The translations under genes were made by a program, and so were the position numbers. DNA of 25,182 bases from an uncultured Thermococci archaeon (GTDB lineage Archaea > Methanobacteriota_B > Thermococci > Thermococcales > Thermococcaceae), in assembly GCA_964615185.1 (NCBI GenBank), contig CAZTOS010000010.1, positions 1 to 25,182 on the forward strand, given 5' to 3'. Of this stretch, positions 1 through 7,146 are shown piece after piece. The notes under the pieces are model-generated. The model was not told the DNA's origin. It worked only from the letters and a program-made list of their open reading frames with translations, and did no database searches. Each line of letters begins with the position of its first letter. The first letter of the stretch is position 1.

Positions 1-502
1 GTGGTAGGGGGATTTTTGCATTTAACAAGTCTTCTTTTCTAATACCCGCTTGGCCTACATGCCTGACACATATTTGTCTAAAATACCCTTCACTCCAAAG
101 TTTAATAAAATAATACATCACCCATTCGGGAATTACAACATCCTGTTTAACTCTAATTCTTGTTATGTGATTACTATACGTGCAAAAATCACATTCACCT
201 CTAAATATGGCAGTTTTACCGATTAAATCAACACTATTTGTGTTGTTAAATAGAACATCGCCGGGTTTTAAAAGGTAATTCTCAACATTTTTGGGTATTG
301 GGACTTTTAGATATTCATCAAGTACAACTCTTCCATCCGTTGTTATGTTGTTCATCCTAAGCTGAATTATCCCATTTTTATCCCGCTTACCACTTGCAAA
401 TCCTGGTTTGGCTTCAATAGTTACATCCTTTAACCTAACAACCTCCCAATCCTCTGGAATCTCGCCGATTGGAGTTTTCTTGAACTTGGTTTTAGCTTGC
501 AT
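1..502 (-). CDS. hsdS: Type I restriction-modification specificity subunit (5' part; runs off the left edge)
   Basis: Not in the ORF track. Manual translation from ATG at 502 is open to the window edge: MQAKTKFKKTPIGEIPEDWEVVRLKDV...LLKPGDVLFNNTNSVDLIGKTAIF...GQAGIRKEDLLNAKIPLP. This gives the HsdS conserved 'GEIPEDWEVVRL' and 'IPLP' blocks flanking a TRD. A GGTGA RBS lies just upstream, and the gene is downstream of hsdM. Confidence 0.95.
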   Translation of the reverse strand, partial: MQAKTKFKKTPIGEIPEDWEVVRLKDVTIEAKPGFASGKRDKNGIIQLRMNNITTDGRVVLDEYLKVPIPKNVENYLLKPGDVLFNNTNSVDLIGKTAIFRGECDFCTYSNHITRIRVKQDVVIPEWVMYYFIKLWSEGYFRQICVRHVGQAGIRKEDLLNAKIPLP

Positions 503-504
503 AA

Positions 505-687
505 TTATTCACCGAACAGCTTTATAATGATTCCAGCTAAAATCCCTATGGTCCCCAAAACCCCAAGTATAAACCATCCAATACCCAAGGGTTTCACGAT
601 GTCGATATCAAGCATCATCCAACCAGCAATTGCTATAACTATAAACACCATAAACGCCCCAAATATCTTCTCGGCATCATCACTCAT
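505..687 (-). CDS. Small membrane protein (60 aa, two predicted TM helices), function unknown
   Basis: Two hydrophobic stretches (IFGAFMVFIVIAIAGWMML; LGIGWFILGVLGTIGILAGIII). GGAG-containing RBS-like sequence upstream. Start overlaps the PIN gene stop (ATGAGTGA) and the stop lies 2 nt before the hsdS ATG. Confidence 0.7.
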   Translation of the reverse strand: MSDDAEKIFGAFMVFIVIAIAGWMMLDIDIVKPLGIGWFILGVLGTIGILAGIIIKLFGE

Positions 688-1306
688 TGGTCATCTCCTC
701 CAATATCTGCATCATCTTCCTTGGCTTCACGATGTGGAAATTCCTCTTCTCAAAGAACTTCCTCGTTCTTTCTCTTATGCGTTTGTCCTCCAGCAAATCG
801 TGAAAATCTCTGTCCATCGTAACAAAATAATTCATATCGTGCCGTATAGCAGTTGTCAATAGAATAGCATCTTGGGTTCTCAATCCAGCCCTCGCCACAA
901 AGAATGGATAATAAACCAAGTCGGAGAGGTCATCCTCCAAGATGTTTAACTTGCCTTCAAGCACGTTAAATGCCTCAATAATACCCTCAAGAAAGCTCTT
1001 GAATTCTTCATCCGTTAGAAGATAGTCCTTAAAGTACTTCATGCCATATATGGCCGCAACTCCATCCAGACGCATCTTCTCGTACACGATAAAATCAAGA
1101 ATGGCCTTGGTCATTTCAGCAAGAGTTAAACGGGAAATGTAAAATTCTGCGTTTTCAAACTTCCCTGAGAGGACAACCTCAACGAACTCGTAGGACTGTT
1201 TAAGTCTCTTGTACTTTTCCAGAATTCCACTTCCATGCTCCTCCATCATCTTCTTGATAATAAGCCAGTGAACTATTGTGTTCGTGTCAATGAACACATT
1301 GACCAT
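680..1306 (-). CDS. PIN-domain (VapC-like) ribonuclease
   Basis: N-terminal VFIDTN, central TLAE, C-terminal LRTQDAILLTTA and FVTMDRDF give the four acidic PIN catalytic positions. At 208 aa it is longer than a canonical VapC. Confidence 0.88.
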   Translation of the reverse strand: MVNVFIDTNTIVHWLIIKKMMEEHGSGILEKYKRLKQSYEFVEVVLSGKFENAEFYISRLTLAEMTKAILDFIVYEKMRLDGVAAIYGMKYFKDYLLTDEEFKSFLEGIIEAFNVLEGKLNILEDDLSDLVYYPFFVARAGLRTQDAILLTTAIRHDMNYFVTMDRDFHDLLEDKRIRERTRKFFEKRNFHIVKPRKMMQILEEMTNE

Positions 1307-1312
1307 AGCTCA

Positions 1313-1486
1313 TCAACCTAAGATGCTCCATATCGATTTTTTCTTTTTCTTTGATCTCTTTGGTGGGTGCCAAAGTCCCACTATCTTATAGCGCCCGTCG
1401 GGCTGAATCTCGGCTAGGTAGTACTTTCCCGTGAGCGGGTTGTGGATGCGCTTGTACTTTTTCTTTGTTCTCTTTTTTGATGCCAT
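1313..1486 (-). CDS. 57-aa lysine-rich microprotein, function unknown
   Basis: The ATG at 1486 is preceded by a GGTGAT RBS (1496-1491) and a TATA box, so it is preferred over the track start at 1537. Sequence: MASKKRTKKKYKRIHNPLTGKYYLAEIQPDGRYKIVGLWHPPKRSKKKKKSIWSILG. Confidence 0.75.
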   Translation of the reverse strand: MASKKRTKKKYKRIHNPLTGKYYLAEIQPDGRYKIVGLWHPPKRSKKKKKSIWSILG

Positions 1487-1516
1487 TTTTATCACCCATA
1501 ATTTCTTAGTTAGGGA

Positions 1517-1533
1517 TTTAATAAACCCTTCTC
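1517..1533 (-). promoter_or_regulatory. Putative internal BRE/TATA promoter driving the insert and hsdS
   Basis: The minus strand reads GAGAAGGG-TTTATTAAA directly after the hsdM stop, about 30 nt upstream of ATG 1486. Confidence 0.55.
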
Positions 1534-3081
1534 TCAATACTCCAGCTCCCTCAAATACCCCTCAATCTTCTCATCAACCTCAGCAAGCTCTTCGTTAATC
1601 TTCTTCAGCTCCTCCCACTCGGCTTTAACGTCAATCTCCTCCTCTTCCTCCATTGGGAAGACATAGAGGGTAACATTCAGGTTAAAGTCGTTCTCCTTTA
1701 TCTCGTCTAAGCTCACAACCCTTGCAAAGCCCTCAACATCCTCAAACTCCTCATAAGCTTTCACAATTTTCTCGATGTTCTTCTCTCCCAAGCGGTTCAG
1801 CTTCCTAACCTCTGGATGCTTCTCATACTCAAGAGAAGCATTGATAAAGAGAACCTTCCCCTTCCTCTCTTTCGGCTTATCCTTGTTGAAGACCATTATC
1901 GCTCCCGGCGCTCCAGTGTTGTAGAACAGCTTTTCCGGCAACAAAATGACACAGTCAAGCAAATCTTCTTTAACAATCCTTGATCTTATTCTCTTCTCTG
2001 CTCCTCCTCTAAACAAGGCACCATTGTCAATCACAACACCAACTCTACCGTTATCTTTGGCACTTGCAAGCATGTGCTGAATCCACGCCCAATCCGCTGA
2101 ATTGTTTGGTGGATAACCGTACTTAAAGCGCTCCTCTCTAAACTCCGCCTTCTTTAATGTTTCTTCACCATAACCATCTTGATTCCAAGGTGGGTTAGCA
2201 ATAACAACATCGAAGCGCTTTAGCTTTTCACCCTCTTTGAATGCTGGTCTTAGAAGGGTGTCACCAACCGCTAATTTTGCATCCTTGATTCCATGAATCA
2301 TCATGTTCATCTCAGCAATGGCGTAAGTCGTTGGATTAACCTCCTGCCCATATAGGAAGAGCTTCTTGGCTTCACTTTCATCAAACTTTTCTTTAACGTG
2401 AAGATAGCTCCCAATCAGCATACCACCAGAGCCTAATGCAGGATCATAAACCTCTTCGCCCGGCTTGGGATCGAGGATTTCAACCAAAAGCTTGATGACC
2501 TCTCTCGGTGTGTAAACCTCTCCTTCCTTGGCTTTCTGAGGGGCAAAATACCTCAAAATCCACTCGTAGGCATCACCCAAAACATCTGGAGAGGCATTCT
2601 TCAAGTCCAAACCGCTGAAGAGCTCAAAAAGCTGTTTTAGAATTTCAGCATTATCTCTGTGGAGCATGAACTCCATGAAGTCAAACCTATCAACAACTCC
2701 CCTCAGATTAGGATTAAGCTCTGCTAACTTTTTCAATGCCTCTGAAAGGTTCTGCGGGAGCTTTTCAATGTCTTTCTCTCTAAGCTTTCTCCATAAATAT
2801 TCGGAAGGGTAGGCTATGGTGTAGGCACTCTTATCTTGAAGTGCAACTTTCTCAGCTGTTTTCCTATCAAGCCCTTCTTTCACAAGCTTTTCCACATAGC
2901 TCTCAAATTCTTTCTCCCATTCGTCGCTCAAACGCTTTAAGAAAAGCAGAAGGAGAATGTATTTATAATCAACACGAGTTCGGATTAAATCGGCAGCTTT
3001 CTTTAGAACTCTTTCCAATTCCTCTCTTGTGACGGTTTTATTCTGTTTGAGTTTAACATATTCTGTTAATTTCCTCTCCAC
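1534..3081 (-). CDS. hsdM: Type I restriction-modification N6-adenine methyltransferase subunit
   Basis: HsdM N-terminal domain (AADLIR...YILLLLFLKRLSD), GEVYTP, SAM motif VYDPALGSGG, YGQE, catalytic NPPW and LPEKLFYNTG. Likely start is GTG 3081 after a GGTGAT RBS (track start 3090). Confidence 0.97.
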   Translation of the reverse strand: MERKLTEYVKLKQNKTVTREELERVLKKAADLIRTRVDYKYILLLLFLKRLSDEWEKEFESYVEKLVKEGLDRKTAEKVALQDKSAYTIAYPSEYLWRKLREKDIEKLPQNLSEALKKLAELNPNLRGVVDRFDFMEFMLHRDNAEILKQLFELFSGLDLKNASPDVLGDAYEWILRYFAPQKAKEGEVYTPREVIKLLVEILDPKPGEEVYDPALGSGGMLIGSYLHVKEKFDESEAKKLFLYGQEVNPTTYAIAEMNMMIHGIKDAKLAVGDTLLRPAFKEGEKLKRFDVVIANPPWNQDGYGEETLKKAEFREERFKYGYPPNNSADWAWIQHMLASAKDNGRVGVVIDNGALFRGGAEKRIRSRIVKEDLLDCVILLPEKLFYNTGAPGAIMVFNKDKPKERKGKVLFINASLEYEKHPEVRKLNRLGEKNIEKIVKAYEEFEDVEGFARVVSLDEIKENDFNLNVTLYVFPMEEEEEIDVKAEWEELKKINEELAEVDEKIEGYLRELEY

Positions 3082-3182
3082 AGTTATCACCCAAGATAAT
3101 AGTTACTCAAAAAATATTGACACGAGAAAATATAAACTTAGCCTATTTAAATTTTCAACATACTTTGGAAATTAATACACTT

Positions 3183-3392
3183 TCAATGCCTCACAACTTT
3201 AACCAAACTATAAACTCCAGCCTCCTCTTTGATGAGCCCTCTCTGCTTGGCAATCTCCAGCAAGGGCTTCAAATCAAGGAGTGGAATTCCATACTTACTG
3301 CAGTTATTCACAAGAACTGGCCAGGAAGCACTACCACCAAAATCCCTAATCATTTTCAACAAAGCCCTCAACTCAGAAGTTTCTCTACTCAT
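3183..3392 (-). CDS. Small hypothetical protein, possible winged-helix fold
   Basis: Strong RBS (GGAGGAGGTGAGG) before the ATG and TATAAATA at 3461-3454. The C-terminus 'LLEIAKQRGLIKEEAGVYSLV' resembles a wHTH recognition helix plus wing (by eye). Confidence 0.7.
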   Translation of the reverse strand: MSRETSELRALLKMIRDFGGSASWPVLVNNCSKYGIPLLDLKPLLEIAKQRGLIKEEAGVYSLVKVVRH

Positions 3393-3550
3393 AACCTCAC
3401 CTCCTCCATAGGTCTGATTTAAAGAATAGACAAAACAAACTTGTCAAAACTTGTATTTATAGATTACCACAACACAAGAATTATTCCAAATCTCATTAAT
3501 TTATAGCAAGCAAATTTTGTTCTTGTTTATCGAAAATTTTATTAGGTTTC

Positions 3551-3565
3551 TGACCACTATAGTCA
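3551..3565. promoter_or_regulatory. Palindromic operator candidate over the abiEi transcription start
   Basis: TGAC-CACTATA-GTCA lies between the BRE/TATA (GAAAA-TTTTATTA, about 3532-3544) and an RBS-less ATG at 3570. Confidence 0.4.
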
Positions 3566-3569
3566 AAAC

Positions 3570-4367
3570 ATGGAGAAAAATTACTACCTCACAAAAACTG
3601 AACAGAAAATATTCAACGTTATCAAGCACGCTAAGATAATCACAGCTAAAGAAGTTGCTGACTTATTTCCAGAGCTGAGCAGAGAAATGATCTACAAGGT
3701 GCTTTCAAGCCTCGAAAAGAAAGGGTACCTCTACCGGATAAAAAATGGTCTTTACCTTGTCCAGCAAATCCCTGCAAAAGAACCGATAATAGAGAACCCC
3801 TATGAAATTGCCTTAGCGATATTCCCTGGCTACATAGCATTTTCCTCGGCTTTGAGGCTCTACAATCTTATTGAGTACGAGCCGTTTACAATTTTCATAG
3901 CAACTCCGAGAAAATCCGGGAAAATCGAAATTGGTAACTATACCATACAAGCTGTGGCTCTTGGAGAGAAAGCTACCGGTATAACGCTCTACAACGGAGT
4001 TTATACCTCCACAATAGCAAAGACTTTCTTTGATTGCTTCTATAAACCCCAATACTGCGGTGGTTATGAAACGATAACAAAGGCTCTTTATGAAGCAGAG
4101 AACATTAACTGGAGAGAATTCCTTAATTACTTCGAACAATTTGCCTCTCCATCCCTCTGTCAGAGAACCGGCTACATTCTATGGCTGATGAACAGGGAGC
4201 TGAACTTTGGAATTCCTAAAGAGGTTTTGGAGTTTTTCAAAAGTAAAGTCAAAACAAAAACAAAACTCGTTCCTACTTTACCTTCGAGGGGAAAGTTCAT
4301 CAAAGAATGGAAGCTGCTGGACAATTTAGGGAAAGACAAGATATTGGGGTGGGCTTATGGAGGTTGA
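3570..4367 (+). CDS. abiEi: Type IV toxin-antitoxin AbiEi-family antitoxin / transcriptional regulator
   Basis: N-terminal wHTH (LSSLEKKGYLYRIKNGLY), 'GYIAFSSALRLYNL' and 'STIAKTFFDC' motifs typical of COG5340/AbiEi. Overlaps the downstream nucleotidyltransferase gene. Confidence 0.85.
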   Translation: MEKNYYLTKTEQKIFNVIKHAKIITAKEVADLFPELSREMIYKVLSSLEKKGYLYRIKNGLYLVQQIPAKEPIIENPYEIALAIFPGYIAFSSALRLYNLIEYEPFTIFIATPRKSGKIEIGNYTIQAVALGEKATGITLYNGVYTSTIAKTFFDCFYKPQYCGGYETITKALYEAENINWREFLNYFEQFASPSLCQRTGYILWLMNRELNFGIPKEVLEFFKSKVKTKTKLVPTLPSRGKFIKEWKLLDNLGKDKILGWAYGG

Positions 4368-5148
4368 AATGCTTCGATATCTGGCAGTAAAAACAGGATT
4401 AAGCCTAAATTATATTTCAAAGGATGAAAAGGTTTCATACTTACTCTCTCAGCTCTGGGACATTTTTGGTAGGAGAGTTATTCTGAAAGGAGGAACTGCT
4501 CTTAATAGAGTCTATTTATCAAAGCTAAATACCAGCAGGTTCTCGGAGGACATCGACTTAGATTACTTTAGTGACATGCCAGTAAATGAAAAAATCCAAG
4601 ACATTAGAGAAAAAATGACCCTAATTAGGGACTTTGATGTTAAAGGTCCAAGAATCTTGCACAGAACTTTAAGATTTGATTGCTATTATATCAACGAGCT
4701 TGGGAATAGAGACAGGATTAAAGTTGAATTTTACCTTAGCCAGCCACCCTTTGTTGAAGCAGAGATTGCAATAGTAAAGTCACCTTTTGTTGAAAGTTAT
4801 CCTACAATGTTTAGGGTTTACTCCCTTGAAGATTTACTTGCCAAAAAATTAATTGCCCTATATAACAGAACCGAGGGAAAGGACATCTATGATGTGTTCT
4901 ACACACTAAGGTTACAATTTGAGATGGAGAAGTTTAAGAAGACAGTGAAGGAGAATCTGAAGTTCTATAGAATTGGGGAGGAAAATTTCTCCAGTGGGCT
5001 TATTACAAAACTTGACGAAGCCAAGAAAAATGCAAAATACATCGGGAACTCAACAAACCATTTTATTCCAAAAGCACTGAGGCCTAACTGGGAGGAAATG
5101 ATTGAGTCTCTAAAAAATACCCTAATACAGACAAAAATTCTCCATTAA
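4357..5148 (+). CDS. abiEii: AbiEii/AbiGii-family nucleotidyltransferase toxin (DUF1814)
   Basis: Motifs LKGGTAL, RFSEDIDL, LLAKKLIAL and KDIYD. Overlaps abiEi by 11 nt. Confidence 0.9.
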   Translation: MEVEMLRYLAVKTGLSLNYISKDEKVSYLLSQLWDIFGRRVILKGGTALNRVYLSKLNTSRFSEDIDLDYFSDMPVNEKIQDIREKMTLIRDFDVKGPRILHRTLRFDCYYINELGNRDRIKVEFYLSQPPFVEAEIAIVKSPFVESYPTMFRVYSLEDLLAKKLIALYNRTEGKDIYDVFYTLRLQFEMEKFKKTVKENLKFYRIGEENFSSGLITKLDEAKKNAKYIGNSTNHFIPKALRPNWEEMIESLKNTLIQTKILH

Positions 5149-5169
5149 AATTTAAAACTAAAAAACTTA

Positions 5170-5761
5170 TCACCACACTACACTCAGCAATTCACCACCA
5201 TAGAACAGCCATAGCAGAATTGCGGTGCTCATTGGAACTGTGAACTCATCCCAAGCGGAGTAAATCGGCAGGCTTTCCATGAATGCAGCAACTGAGGCAA
5301 CAAATGCCAAGAGTCCAAGCCCATAGGAAACTCCAAGCACCTTGTGGGCAGCTATCAATGCAAAGATTGACACAACAAACATCGTTAAGCTGCCAATCAC
5401 TGTTTTATTCTTGTTCCAAGGGATTCTAATTCCACCAACTGCCTGCCCAACAATGGCGTTGAAGCAGTCCCCAAACGTGGAAACCCAAAGGGCTGCCAGA
5501 GCTATAAGCTTTGGGAAAACCGTGCATACCATCCCCATAGTCACCCAAAAGAGAAAGCTTCCCATGTAATGATTCCCTTTGAGTTCATCTTTTCCCGCCA
5601 TCTGCCTGTAGCTAATCTCAGCAATCGGAACCCTAATCTCCCATCCCCTTCTCAGCTTAAGGTGTTGAAGAGTGTAGATGAATGCTAAGAACCATACAAC
5701 GAAAAGGGTAATATAAAACCTTTGATTTGAACCCTAACTGATATGCTTCCTCTGTCTCCAT
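5170..5761 (-). pseudogene. Frameshifted dolichol/phytol kinase-cytidylyltransferase family membrane protein
   Basis: The C-terminal frame has TFGDCFNAIVG, KNKTVIGS and ES...DEFTVP motifs and stays open, with hydrophobic sequence, up to 5733. The promoter-proximal ATG at 5761 (25 nt after TTTAAATA) is in a different frame and stops at 5657. Confidence 0.7.
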
Positions 5762-5829
5762 AAAGAAAAGTTAGAAGAAAAAGAATATTTAAATTTTTCT
5801 GCAAATGTTCATGAAACTTTCGACAATTG

Positions 5830-7146
5830 CTAATCTTTCCATTTCTTCCTCTCCTCATTTATCGGAGCAATGACATTTTCATAAAACTCCCTGAGCCTCC
5901 TTGTATGCTCTTCAATCCATTCTCCGCTAACTTTCCTCCTTGCAACCCCCTCTTTCATAGCCTGCTCTGCTACAGCCCTCGCTTCTCTCGGATAAACCTC
6001 TGGATTTAGAGGAGATGGAATTATGCACTCTTCGCTGAGCTCCTCATCACTTACAACAGTTGCTATTGCCTTTGCTGCCTCAATTATCATCGTATCAGTT
6101 ATCGTCTTTGCCCTAACATCCAAAGCTCCCCTAAAAATCCCAGGAAAACCGAGGACGTTGTTAATTTGATTGGGATAGTCGCTCCTCCCAGTTGCAACTA
6201 TTTTAGCTCCAGCTTTTTTAGCTTCGTCAGGAAGAATTTCAGGAACCGGATTAGCCAATGGGAATACAATGGCATCGTCATTCATCTTTGCAATCCACTC
6301 AGGCTTTATGACCCCTGGGCCAGGCTTTGTGAAGGAAATCAGAACATCAGCTCCATTTACAGCTTCCTCTGGTCCTCCAGTGATTCCTTCAGCATTTGTT
6401 TTGCTCAAAAGCCAACCCCTGTAAGGGAACAATTTTTCCAAATCCATATCACTTGTCAAAATGGTCGGCTTGTCATTAACAAGCTCTACTACTCTAACAT
6501 TTTCCGGCTTTACTCCAGCTCTCGTTAGAATTCTCAAAGTTGCAAAGCCTGCAGCACCAGCACCAAATAAAGCTACTGTAATTTCACCAATCTTCTTTCC
6601 AACAACCTTTAGGGCATTCAAAAGCCCAGCCAAGACAACAGCCGCTGTACCTTGCTGGTCATCATGGAAAACTGGAATGTCAAGCTCTTCCCTAAGCCGT
6701 TCAAGAATGTAAAAGCACTTTGGCGAAGCTATATCCTCAAGATTTATGCCTCCAAAAGTTGGTGCTATTGCCTTGACAATTTCGATGAACTTGTCTGGGT
6801 CTTGCTCGTCGATCATTATTGGAAACGCATCAACGCCACCAAAGTGTTTGAAGAGCAGAGCTTTCCCTTCCATGACAGGCAAGCCTGCCAAGGCCCCAAT
6901 GTTACCTAAACCTAAAATCCTGCTCCCATCACTCACCACTGCCACAAGGTTGCCTTTGCTTGTGTATTCGTAAACATCATCTGGATTTTTGGCTATCTCT
7001 TTGCAAGGCTCAGCAACTCCAGGTGTATAGGCTAAGCTCAAATCATGCTTATCTTTGAGAGAAACCTTTGGAATCACTTCAATTTTGCCATTTCCAGGGA
7101 AATTACTCCTATGGAAAGCCAAGGCTTTCTCTTTAAGATCACCCAT
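5830..7146 (-). CDS. NAD(P)-dependent malic enzyme
   Basis: SLAYTPGVA, DGSRILGLG, MEGKALLF, INLEDI, FHDDQQGT, GAGAAG and ATGRSDYPNQINN. Start ATG 7146 follows a GGTGAT RBS. Confidence 0.95.
   Translation of the reverse strand: MGDLKEKALAFHRSNFPGNGKIEVIPKVSLKDKHDLSLAYTPGVAEPCKEIAKNPDDVYEYTSKGNLVAVVSDGSRILGLGNIGALAGLPVMEGKALLFKHFGGVDAFPIMIDEQDPDKFIEIVKAIAPTFGGINLEDIASPKCFYILERLREELDIPVFHDDQQGTAAVVLAGLLNALKVVGKKIGEITVALFGAGAAGFATLRILTRAGVKPENVRVVELVNDKPTILTSDMDLEKLFPYRGWLLSKTNAEGITGGPEEAVNGADVLISFTKPGPGVIKPEWIAKMNDDAIVFPLANPVPEILPDEAKKAGAKIVATGRSDYPNQINNVLGFPGIFRGALDVRAKTITDTMIIEAAKAIATVVSDEELSEECIIPSPLNPEVYPREARAVAEQAMKEGVARRKVSGEWIEEHTRRLREFYENVIAPINEERKKWKD

Noticed and set aside
497..862. 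121-aa + strand ORF
   Set aside because: Antisense shadow of the TM microprotein and PIN genes, with no RBS or family motif.
1487..1537. Track's 74-aa version of the basic microprotein overlapping the hsdM stop
   Set aside because: The extension runs through the TATA box and RBS, so ATG 1486 is better supported. Occasional coupled initiation at 1537 cannot be excluded.
3117..3422. + strand ORFs of 101 and 60 aa
   Set aside because: Antisense to the 69-aa gene that has a strong RBS and promoter.
3474..3526. ACAAGAA...TTCTTGT inverted repeat with a 39-nt spacer
   Set aside because: Short arms in very AT-rich DNA, no target duplication and no transposase, so not supportable as a MITE.
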